64,000 nt of DNA, taken from positions 1 through 64,000 of the IMG/VR virus record IMGVR_UViG_3300027905_000001; one strand, 5' to 3'. The position numbers were made by a program, and so were the translations under genes. The DNA is from a virus. The notes under the pieces are model-generated. The model was not told where the DNA came from, did no database searches, and was given only the letters and a program-made list of their open reading frames with translations. Positions 36,030 to 44,380 of this stretch are shown here, piece by piece (the first letter of the stretch is position 1; the number at the start of each line of letters is the position of its first letter).

Positions 36030-36751
36030 ATGTTACCCTCCATAGCTTTTCTCAAATCATCCTTGATGTAATAATTGCACCCGTGCATCTTAAGTACCAT
36101 TTCGACATTCTCGCCAGTCTGTTTCCAGTCAATCTGATTCGCTCTTGAATCGTAATTCCAGCGACCAACTTTCCAAAGGTCAACGTGTTTATGGAGAATA
36201 TGGATAAAGTCAAGTGCATCGGCAGGAATGATGATAGGCTCAAGACTTACCCATGTTTTTATTCCAAGCGTTCTTGCCGTTATGATGGCAGCTATTCGAT
36301 CATCTACGGGTGCTGCGCCTTTTTCCCACCGTTCAGAGCATTTGCGGACAGTCAAGGTTGTCCCGAACGAATCACCCTTTTCGTACAAGCTAAAATCTCT
36401 ACTCGCCCTCATGCCGCCTTTTGTTAGAACGGTGAAGTTTGCTCCTGCGTTTTTGATGGCTTCGATAATTTCTTTGGTTGGAGTTGTGTCAATATCGCAA
36501 TAAGGATCTGTTGAAAAGCATAGAAGGATATTCTTGCCTTTGAACTTACCGCTTGATAATTGCTTTTTGGTCGCTTCAACTATTCCTTCGCGCGGTTTAA
36601 CGTCAGCGAAATCTTCGTTTGGTTTCCATCTGTCGTGCATCTTTTTGGCAAAGCAATAAGTACATAAATGTGAACATCCCTCGTAGATATTAAGAGCTAA
36701 GGGTGCATATTCAAGAGCTTTTCCGCTCGGCTTATAAATCGGATTGATCAT
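36026..36751 (-). CDS. Radical SAM enzyme (function unknown)
   Basis: 241 aa; CSHLCTYC (Cx3Cx2C) cluster near N-terminus. Confidence 0.65.
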   Translation of the reverse strand: MINPIYKPSGKALEYAPLALNIYEGCSHLCTYCFAKKMHDRWKPNEDFADVKPREGIVEATKKQLSSGKFKGKNILLCFSTDPYCDIDTTPTKEIIEAIKNAGANFTVLTKGGMRASRDFSLYEKGDSFGTTLTVRKCSERWEKGAAPVDDRIAAIITARTLGIKTWVSLEPIIIPADALDFIHILHKHVDLWKVGRWNYDSRANQIDWKQTGENVEMVLKMHGCNYYIKDDLRKAMEGNI

Positions 36752-36766
36752 ATTCTTCCTCCTCTA

Positions 36767-36949
36767 TTAGTCCCTATAGGCTTTTATACACTTCCCGATA
36801 TCCATTTGCGTACCTGCACTTTTTGCAAGAACTGAACCCACTAACACGGAATCAAGGAATTCCCTAGCCTTCTTAGCTTCGTCGGGCGTTAGGTAATCTC
36901 TATATGTTTTTCGTGGCTTTTTGAATTGTCGGGCTGTTTTACCGAGCAT
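36767..36949 (-). CDS. Hypothetical small protein (60 aa)
   Basis: ORF track frame between loader and radical SAM genes. Confidence 0.35.
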   Translation of the reverse strand: MLGKTARQFKKPRKTYRDYLTPDEAKKAREFLDSVLVGSVLAKSAGTQMDIGKCIKAYRD

Positions 36950-36961
36950 GGCTTGCCCCTC

Positions 36962-37471
36962 CTAATCTTTTTTTGTCCTGTGGTCAAAATCTTTGGCAAA
37001 TAATAAATGATCTACCGTCATGCCTAAAATCCTAGATACTGTAGCCTCGCCGTAATCTCCTAATCTTTCTTCAAGTGGTTTGGGGTAGTAGTTCGTCGTA
37101 AACCCCGTCAATAGATTGGCGCGATACCTTAGATCAATCAGCCGGTAATACATCGCTTGCACCCATTCTGTGGGTTTTTCCTTGCCGACATCGTCCAAGA
37201 TCAGAGCTTGAGCCTTGGCTAAAGTTTCAATCTTTGCCTCCATGCCACTTTCGTTTTTCCTGAACTGAGCATCCCTTAACTCTGCAAGTAAGTCGGCAGA
37301 CGATACAAACACAACCTGCACCCCTTTATCAAGCATGTCCTTGGCGATAATGCTGGCTAACATCGTTTTCCCTACTCCTGGATTTCCGAGCAATAAAAAC
37401 CCTTTGGCGTCCGATTCACTTTTGATTAATTCAGGCCATAGCTTTAAGTAATTAATTACACCCTTGTGCAT
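36962..37471 (-). CDS. DnaC/IstB-like helicase-loader ATPase (N-terminus probably longer; frame open upstream to about 37730)
   Basis: Walker A GNPGVGKT, Walker B LILDDVG; upstream 87 in-frame codons lack a canonical start. Confidence 0.7.
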   Translation of the reverse strand: MHKGVINYLKLWPELIKSESDAKGFLLLGNPGVGKTMLASIIAKDMLDKGVQVVFVSSADLLAELRDAQFRKNESGMEAKIETLAKAQALILDDVGKEKPTEWVQAMYYRLIDLRYRANLLTGFTTNYYPKPLEERLGDYGEATVSRILGMTVDHLLFAKDFDHRTKKD

Positions 37472-37730
37472 GTTTCGGTTTCCGTCGTTGACTTTATAAT
37501 TAGCAAGGCTGTATCTGAGCTGTTGAGATGTTAGCCCGGATGATTTTAGTTTTCTGGCCGCGTTCTTCTTAATCTTACAAACACACTCCTTGTAAAGCGT
37601 TAGTCCGTATAAGTCTTTTTCATCAGTGGCAACTATCTCCCGATCTTCACAATCAGAGCAGTTATATTTCTTTTCGACAGGTTTTAAACTGTATCCAGAT
37701 GTTCCAGTGTTGAAAAGGTTAAGTCTGTTC

Positions 37731-38651
37731 CTAACTTCTTCCTCTGAGGATTTCGGAGAGTATGGGGTCCGTTTCCCAAGGTTTAGAATCTCCTTGATCG
37801 ATTGAATTGCTTCCAGTTTTGTTACCTCCCTTGGCTTTTAAGTTCTTGCCCCATTTAACACAATTTCCCAGCCACGTATTAATCTGTGATCTTGGTTTAC
37901 TTTTTACATCAAGCGGCTTATCTAGTTTGTCGAAAGACCAGTCCTTAATCGCTCCCAAGATATCTATGGTTGGGTATCGTTCTTGAAGCTCTCGGTACAT
38001 TTTCAATTCCTTCGCCCTGTCAATCGGATAATCCTTAACTTTTTCAAGTGTGCGAATTAGGTCTATTTCATCAGGCAGAAGAATGAGATCATTTTCTTTT
38101 CTTTCTTTTACTTCCTTTCCTTTACTATTCTCTTCTTTAGGGATTTCTGTAGGAAATAATCCATCTTCAAGAGGATTAATGTCTACATTAACTACAGATG
38201 GTAGGTTGTTACCGTCAACATAAACCATATTTACAGTAAAATTATCAGTTTGCTTAGGTGGAGAAATAAGTAGATATTCAGATATGAGCGTTATCTCTTT
38301 GCGTCTTTCTACAGATTTGAAGTATCTTTTTTGGATTCCTCCGCTAGTAAGTATTTCGTATTTTAGATACAAGGATGAATTGAAAAATTCCCACTTAATG
38401 CAATCAGAAACTATCTCGGTGATAATATTAATGTCTACATTAACCTTACTGGAGAGTAGTAATTGTTCGCGCTCTGTCCATTTATAGAAATATCCTTCCT
38501 TATATATTTTCATAAGAAGTTTGATTAAAACCGCAAATCCAGTGATCTTATGCTTTGCTTCAATAAGCAAAACTTTGTCGTCTTGGTCCATGTCAATATC
38601 GAGGGGAAAATAATCCAATCCCTCTTTTTGCGGTCTTGCCAAGTCATTCAC
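37731..38651 (-). CDS. Phage replisome organiser (DnaD-like, Lin1244/Lin1753-type N-terminal domain)
   Basis: 306 aa; N-terminal FPLDIDMDQDDKVLLIEAKHKITGFAVLIKLLMKIYKEGYFYKW. Confidence 0.65.
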   Translation of the reverse strand: MNDLARPQKEGLDYFPLDIDMDQDDKVLLIEAKHKITGFAVLIKLLMKIYKEGYFYKWTEREQLLLSSKVNVDINIITEIVSDCIKWEFFNSSLYLKYEILTSGGIQKRYFKSVERRKEITLISEYLLISPPKQTDNFTVNMVYVDGNNLPSVVNVDINPLEDGLFPTEIPKEENSKGKEVKERKENDLILLPDEIDLIRTLEKVKDYPIDRAKELKMYRELQERYPTIDILGAIKDWSFDKLDKPLDVKSKPRSQINTWLGNCVKWGKNLKAKGGNKTGSNSIDQGDSKPWETDPILSEILRGRS

Positions 38652-38862
38652 CTTCCACTAAAGAAAAAATATCATCATATGGAATATCAAGCTCCTCAGC
38701 TATCTTCTTGGCTGTAGCAGGACTAGGGTTGAATCTGCCCTTTTCGATTGCATAAATACTTTCCTTGGACACTCCAACCTTCTTGGCTAAATCTGCAATT
38801 GACACGCCTTTTCTTATCCTTAACTCCGCTAATTTAGCTCGGTCGGTTTTAATTTTTAACAC
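38644..38862 (-). CDS. XRE-family helix-turn-helix transcriptional regulator
   Basis: 72 aa; LRIRKGVSIADLAKKVGVSKESIYAIEKGRFNPS (Cro/CI-type HTH). Confidence 0.75.
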   Translation of the reverse strand: MLKIKTDRAKLAELRIRKGVSIADLAKKVGVSKESIYAIEKGRFNPSPATAKKIAEELDIPYDDIFSLVEGE

Positions 38863-38942
38863 TTACTTACCTCCGTTTCCTTAATCATCCTACTTATACA
38901 TTATAACATATACTTGTACAAGTAACAATCAATAGGTATAAA

Positions 38943-38979
38943 TTGAAATAACTTTGTGTAGACTGTATAATACAAAGTT
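38943..38979 (+). promoter_or_regulatory. Consensus sigma-A promoter (TTGAAA-17-TATAAT) bracketed by 8-bp inverted repeat AACTTTGT/ACAAAGTT
   Basis: -35 38943-38948, -10 38966-38971; IR arms 38950-38957 and 38972-38979 flank the -10. Confidence 0.6.
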
Positions 38980-38992
38980 GGGAGGAGATATT

Positions 38993-39172
38993 ATGACTGG
39001 CGAATTAAGAAATAGAGAACGTTTTGGCGCTGCTTATGATAAAGATTTACTGGCCGGATTACGCAAATTATCAAAAGATACACGAATTCCAGCCAGTAAG
39101 TTGATTGATGAGGCGTTAGAGGATTTATTGAAAAAATATGGAGTTGAGGTGAAGAGAGAAAGCCAGGAGTGA
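38993..39172 (+). CDS. Ribbon-helix-helix (CopG-like) DNA-binding protein, paralogue of 32831..32992
   Basis: GGGAGGAG RBS then ATG 38993; RERFGAAYDKDLLAGLRKLSKDTRIPASKLIDEALEDLLKKYG. Confidence 0.6.
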   Translation: MTGELRNRERFGAAYDKDLLAGLRKLSKDTRIPASKLIDEALEDLLKKYGVEVKRESQE

Positions 39173-39213
39173 TTCCCTGGCTATTTTTTTACTCCCAATA
39201 CATCTGACTTTTC

Positions 39214-40440
39214 TTACTCGACCCCTATTCTAGCCCTTGCAATACCCGCATAAGCTTTTTCTTTGTCAATTCCGATAAAATGGCAACCTACACCCTTTGC
39301 GGCCAATGCGGTTGTGCCTGATCCAATAAAGGGGTCTAGCACCGTACCGCCTTGAGGTGTGACAAGTTTAATTAAGTACTTCATGAGATCAAGGGGCTTT
39401 ACGGTAGGGTGATTATTACCTTCGCCCCGTTCCCTCTTGGAGGCCTTAGCACAATAAAAGAATCTACTTGCCCCTCCCGAATCGCCATAACTAATCATTT
39501 CCGTTCCCTCTGGACGACTTTCTCTTGCGTAAGCATTAGCCTGATAACCTTTACTTGATACTCCCTTTTTAGCTCCAGTTCCACTTTTCAGTATGCCTGT
39601 TTGCTCATCCAGAACTGCAGCTGCTACTTCATCAAAAATTATGTTTGCGGGAAATCTTCCCAATGGATTACTTTGGCTTTCTGTTAAGTTGGTTCCCTTT
39701 CCGTTTCCATATACTGTATTTGGTGTACGTGGTGGTCTACCTCTATCGTCATTGGTCCCTATTCGGCTATCGTTGATATTGATCCCACCTGTTCCCCATT
39801 TAAGAACATTAGCCGCCACTGTCTTTTCGCTTAATGGTTTTCTGGCAACTACAATAGGTTCATGCGCAGGTTTTAGAGCCGTACCCCAACCGTCCCATTG
39901 CTTTGCTTCATCAGTTTGAGCATCTAGATCGAATGTTCCACCCAACTCATACGATGCTGGCCTATCTCCCTGCTCTAAATGGATGTTATTGAAACCCATC
40001 CCTTGCTGCTGAAAATTAGTCTTTTCCAGCTTGCAGTAATCCTTTGTATTAGCTGACCCGTAAAGCAGTTTACCTTCAATACCCTTGGCAATGTTGTAAG
40101 ACTTAGGGAATCCACTGCCATAAATCCACATGATCTGATCCCTGATCTCGAATCCAGCGTCTTCAATAGCACAAGCCATTCGGTGGTATGTTCTGCTCCC
40201 ACCGAAGGATAGTAGATATCCCCCAGGCTTTAGTACACGTAAAAATTCTTTCCACATTGCAACGTTGTAGGCAATTCCGGTATTGTCCCAAGACTTCCCC
40301 ATGAATCCCAATTCATAAGGCGCATCCGTTACGCCAGAATCTATACTATTTGCGGGTATTCCCTTCATAACTTCCAGGCAGTCACCTAAAATAATTGAAT
40401 CAAGCAAACTTTTACCCCTCCCTTTACTCAGCCTGTCCAC
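39214..40440 (-). CDS. DNA amino-methyltransferase (N6-adenine or N4-cytosine, beta-class motif order)
   Basis: 408 aa; DAPY catalytic-type motif near N-terminus, AdoMet motif VLDPFIGSGTT near C-terminus; no cognate nuclease adjacent. Confidence 0.75.
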   Translation of the reverse strand: MDRLSKGRGKSLLDSIILGDCLEVMKGIPANSIDSGVTDAPYELGFMGKSWDNTGIAYNVAMWKEFLRVLKPGGYLLSFGGSRTYHRMACAIEDAGFEIRDQIMWIYGSGFPKSYNIAKGIEGKLLYGSANTKDYCKLEKTNFQQQGMGFNNIHLEQGDRPASYELGGTFDLDAQTDEAKQWDGWGTALKPAHEPIVVARKPLSEKTVAANVLKWGTGGININDSRIGTNDDRGRPPRTPNTVYGNGKGTNLTESQSNPLGRFPANIIFDEVAAAVLDEQTGILKSGTGAKKGVSSKGYQANAYARESRPEGTEMISYGDSGGASRFFYCAKASKRERGEGNNHPTVKPLDLMKYLIKLVTPQGGTVLDPFIGSGTTALAAKGVGCHFIGIDKEKAYAGIARARIGVE

Positions 40441-40523
40441 CCAGCATCAATAACCCATCCAACTTATAGATAAAATAATCCTTCTGCTCCTTTTTGTTTT
40501 TATTCAAATGCCCAGCTTTGGCA

Positions 40524-40892
40524 TTATTCTATGAACCATTTACCGTACTTTAATTTTTGTCTAGTTACCGTCCATGTTCGCTCATTATCCTGCAAGCACT
40601 GATTGTCGGTATCCCTACCACGATAAGTACTTTTATCATTACCGCTCAATGTAACTATGACAGTTTTACCTTCGATCCATGCCGAAAGAGCTTCTTGCCA
40701 AGTGACTTCTTGAGGCACCGGCTCCCAATCCTCATCAAATAGCAGCTGTGTAGGCTCGTCGGTTGATCCTTGTCTCTGGAGCCTCTTGAATGAATTAAAG
40801 AAATATATTTCCCCGTTCTTCATCCTTTTATAAGGAGTTATTGCTTCTGGATTATTTAAGGCAAGTGTATATAATTCTCCAGTTTTAAGCAT
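40524..40892 (-). CDS. Hypothetical protein (122 aa)
   Basis: ORF track frame. Confidence 0.45.
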   Translation of the reverse strand: MLKTGELYTLALNNPEAITPYKRMKNGEIYFFNSFKRLQRQGSTDEPTQLLFDEDWEPVPQEVTWQEALSAWIEGKTVIVTLSGNDKSTYRGRDTDNQCLQDNERTWTVTRQKLKYGKWFIE

Positions 40893-40924
40893 TTAATCAC
40901 ACTCATTTCTCTCTATTATTATCT

Positions 40925-41571
40925 CTAAATGTAATCATTCACGTTTTTCCTAAACAATCCACCCATACTCTTCTGCCATACTGACTTATTATTTTTGCCA
41001 ATTTCCTGCTTGGTCATGACAGGTTTTGTCGCTGCTTCGAGTTCTGGCATGCCGGATTTTATTCTGGCGTTGAAGCATTTCCTTGAGATGTTATTGGATT
41101 GTGCGAGTTGGATGTAGCTCGTGGTCATAAGGCGCATCTCTTGGAAAATCTAGTATCAATTGGAGTAGTGGCTGCTATTTCGGCGCTCCATCCCCTGCCC
41201 ATTCTGGTAACAAAAGTACCCTTTGATATTCCGTTTCTCACAGCTATGTCCTCATATTCCTTGGGATATTTGCGCTTCTTTTCAGCCATGATCTTAATGA
41301 TCGTATCTCGCTCAATAGAAGGTATCTCTGACGCTTCTTTAGGTGACATGCCCCCTCTCGTTACGCGAGAATAAAACAATGACCTGCTTATGCCGTTTCG
41401 TTCTGCTATGATTAGCCATTCACCCCATTTGTGGTAGTTGACAGGGGTTGTTATAGCTCGCTCAATACTCCACGCTAGGTCACGCACTCTTGCTGTGACT
41501 ACTCTTTCGTTGATGCCATTTTGTGCCGCCATAGCATACTTGTCAGGATTGATATAGAAGGAGTAAGACAT
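40925..41571 (-). pseudogene. HTH-repeat protein (four NGIS-type repeats) split by a frame change at an A4/T4 run (41143-41146)
   Basis: Repeats 1-3 in 41125..41571, repeat 4 in 40925..41137; one extra T on the coding strand joins them. Confidence 0.5.
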
Positions 41572-41622
41572 ATTTACCTGCTTTGATTAATGGGGCGGCC
41601 TTTCAACCGCCCCTATATTTAA

Positions 41623-41862
41623 TTACTCAATCACTATGACCTTGCCTGATTCTAGCCACGTTTTTACACCTTCACATTCCGAACCTCCATTTATAGATTC
41701 ATAGAGGTATCCTTCGCAAAAACCATCGCCATCGTCACAGTTTTTGCAACCAAAGCAGTATTCTTCGGTTACTTCCCAGCACTCAGGATGGAGATGTACG
41801 CTAGATACTGTTCTGCCATCTGTTGATACCCACTCGACAGACTTGCTTCCTTTTTCAATCAT
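41623..41862 (-). CDS. Hypothetical small Cys-rich protein (79 aa)
   Basis: CFGCKNCDDGDGFCEG. Confidence 0.4.
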   Translation of the reverse strand: MIEKGSKSVEWVSTDGRTVSSVHLHPECWEVTEEYCFGCKNCDDGDGFCEGYLYESINGGSECEGVKTWLESGKVIVIE

Positions 41863-41986
41863 CTCATTGCACGCGAAACATCGTCGGGTCTTTCTGGTCC
41901 TTAAAATAGGTGAGCTCCTTATAAATGTGGCTATTTTACTCCCTCCTCGAATGAGGCAAGTGTGAGTTGCCGTTGTGTTTGGTTAC

Positions 41987-42731
41987 TTAAAAAGGATAAA
42001 GTTCTAGTGGAATATTTCTTCCAGCCTCCGCGATTACAACAATTTTTCCTGTCAACTCTTCGATTTCTCTAACCATTCTTTCTGCGTTGGAATTGCTGTC
42101 TGATAAATGAAGTAGCACTATCTTCTTCACTTGCGACAAATCATTAGCTCGCAAAAACTCTTTGACATGCTCAAGTGAAAAATGGCTTTCGAGTAGTCGG
42201 TTTTTCATGCTTTGGGGGATGTAGCCAGCTTCAATGTTTGCGTCAAGGGTATCTTTGCAGTAGTTTGATTCTACAAGGATATAATTTAGTGAATTAAAAC
42301 GATTGCGAATATAGTAGGTATCCGTACAAAAAATAAGTTTTTCGCTGGTTGGTTTGTATTGAATTAGGTAGCCGAAAGGCTGATCGCAATCATGTTGAGT
42401 GTCGAACGGTAAAACGATGAAATCTCCAACTTGAAACTGTACGCCAGCGTCAACCATTTGTGTTCTGTGGCTCTGAGATATGCCTATTTGCTTGGCTGTT
42501 CCGGAAGAGGTATAAATATCTACACCCGCCTTAATAACGTCCTTTGCGCTTCGTGAATGGTCAAAGATGTTCGTGGGTTATTAGGCACCCACGGATACGA
42601 GATAGATTAAAATCTAGGGATTGTTGTATTTTTTTAAAAGAAACTCCACATTCAATTAAAAGAGAACCGGTGTCGCTTTCTAAAACATAGCCATTTGCCC
42701 TTGATGACGAACTGATAACCTTGAGGTGCAT
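41987..42731 (-). pseudogene. MBL-fold metallo-hydrolase gene with frame change inside the HxHxDH motif; 5' end overlaps the HNH gene 3' end
   Basis: N-terminal frame MHLKVISSSSRANGYVLESDTGSLLIECG...ITHEHL then stop; C-terminal frame FDHSRSAKDV... (41987..42457); removing one T at 42563-42565 gives THEHLDHS. Confidence 0.65.
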
Positions 42732-43300
42732 TGTACTTTCCCCTTTCTCTCTTTAAATCTCCAAATGAATCCTCCAGCTTGTTTCCTAGTTAATCCTGGT
42801 TTGTATTCTGTCTCGCTTGCAACTTGAAGAATGTTCCTTCCGCATACTCCAGTTAACCTAAAGGCCTCTTGAGCGTTGGGATATTCGGCTAGTAGCTCGC
42901 CATTTAGGTTGTATTGTTGAATGGCATTAGGTCTTATGAATTTGTTGTATTTATTCATTCCTTTTAGCATGTTTGGATGAATAGATATTGCATGGATAAC
43001 ATTTTCGCTCCCAGATACCCACTCTAGGTTTTCAACCTTGTTGTTTTGCTTATTGCCATCCTTGTGATTTATCTGAGGCTTATTATTGACGTTGGCTATA
43101 AAAGCTTCAGCAACAAGTTTGTGAATTCTCGCATACCTTACACGTCCTTTATGAGTAAGGACTACGGAAAGATAATCCTTTTTACTGTTTTTATTAGACA
43201 AGATAAACCCTTCCCTTAATTTCTTGAAGCTTTTCAACCTACCCTTGGTTGATATTTGATATACACCCTCAAATCCCTCAATATCTTTCCATAGTTCCAA
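42680..43300 (-). CDS. HNH homing endonuclease with NUMOD4-type N-terminus
   Basis: WKDIEGFEGVYQIS...GRL (NUMOD4-like) and HKDGNKQNNKVENLEW (HNH). Confidence 0.75.
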   Translation of the reverse strand: MELWKDIEGFEGVYQISTKGRLKSFKKLREGFILSNKNSKKDYLSVVLTHKGRVRYARIHKLVAEAFIANVNNKPQINHKDGNKQNNKVENLEWVSGSENVIHAISIHPNMLKGMNKYNKFIRPNAIQQYNLNGELLAEYPNAQEAFRLTGVCGRNILQVASETEYKPGLTRKQAGGFIWRFKERKGKVQCTSRLSVRHQGQMAMF

Positions 43301-43357
43301 TTTTCACACCTCCCTAATTTACTTACTCCCTGAATTTATAACCTTTAAGTTCATAGC

Positions 43358-44380
43358 CTAAAACCCTGGGCCAGTGGTTTGATTATTCGCTTCCTCGGCC
43401 TTTTTATCCATCTCAACTATTTCAGCATCAGTAATCCCTTCTGGTTCCGTAACTGCTTCTCGGTCGCTTGAAACTTCCTCGCCTTGGATATCCACAACAT
43501 CTCCCTTATTAGCGTTTTCGGCAATGACCTGCTCGACCTCGGCTTCTTTAAATTCGTGTTCGAGCTGATTTAGTCGCATGTAATCATCATCAATCTTTTG
43601 ACTGTCAATGGTAATGTCTTTGTAGGCGGCAATAAAAACAGTTTTGAAGCACATTTTATCGAACCATCCCTCGACTTGCTCTTTACCGGCCGGCTTACCA
43701 TTTTTCCAGATTGTCTTTTCTCCGCCCCAAAACTCGGCAGAAGCTTTATCCGGTTTCCTCTTCTCGATATCCTTACGCGGCATAACAACAAGTTTGTTTT
43801 TCTCAGGATGATCAAAATAGATATGATAATAGAAACCTCCTACAATATCACCACGCTCAAAGTCGTTGGTGATCTCAAACTCATAATGTTCAACTTTATT
43901 GGCGTGGGATTTTTTATGCGATTTGAATTTATCCGTCGAATAAACAAGTTCGACCACAACGTCATCTGGCACATCTAAGCCATATTTAACTGCCTTGAGC
44001 TGCCTACCTCTGTATCCCGGCATGAAGGTAATGCCATATTTATTGAGTGCCCCTTGCTTGAAGGGGATTAGGCTAACGTGGTTCTCTTGTGTCGGGTCCC
44101 AGCCAATCCTAGCTGCCGCCACAACGCTCTGAGCAAGTTCCTCCATATTGATATTCCCCCAGGTGTAGGATAGTTGTTCCTGGTAATCTCCGGTCTTCTT
44201 GAGGCGCTTTTCCTCTGCCTTCTTGAGCATGGAATCGGCAACAATAAAGTAGTTTTGCGCTAAACGCTTCTGAAAGTTAGTTAGTGCAATATCGCCAACG
44301 CTACCTTTAAATTCAGCTAATACCTTGTTCATAAATCGTTCCGACATTGGTTGCTCTTTTACCGCTACTTCATTTGCCAT
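43358..44380 (-). CDS. recT: RecT-family single-strand annealing protein
   Basis: 340 aa; RecT-like core with PW...M..KT-type region and acidic C-terminal tail. Confidence 0.65.
   Translation of the reverse strand: MANEVAVKEQPMSERFMNKVLAEFKGSVGDIALTNFQKRLAQNYFIVADSMLKKAEEKRLKKTGDYQEQLSYTWGNINMEELAQSVVAAARIGWDPTQENHVSLIPFKQGALNKYGITFMPGYRGRQLKAVKYGLDVPDDVVVELVYSTDKFKSHKKSHANKVEHYEFEITNDFERGDIVGGFYYHIYFDHPEKNKLVVMPRKDIEKRKPDKASAEFWGGEKTIWKNGKPAGKEQVEGWFDKMCFKTVFIAAYKDITIDSQKIDDDYMRLNQLEHEFKEAEVEQVIAENANKGDVVDIQGEEVSSDREAVTEPEGITDAEIVEMDKKAEEANNQTTGPGF

Noticed and set aside
42458-42731. Hypothesis that the HNH gene insertion split the MBL-fold gene into two halves
   Set aside because: The MBL N-terminus was found intact in another frame with its own RBS and ATG (42731); the break is a 1-nt frame change in a T run within the HxHxDH motif, not an insertion.
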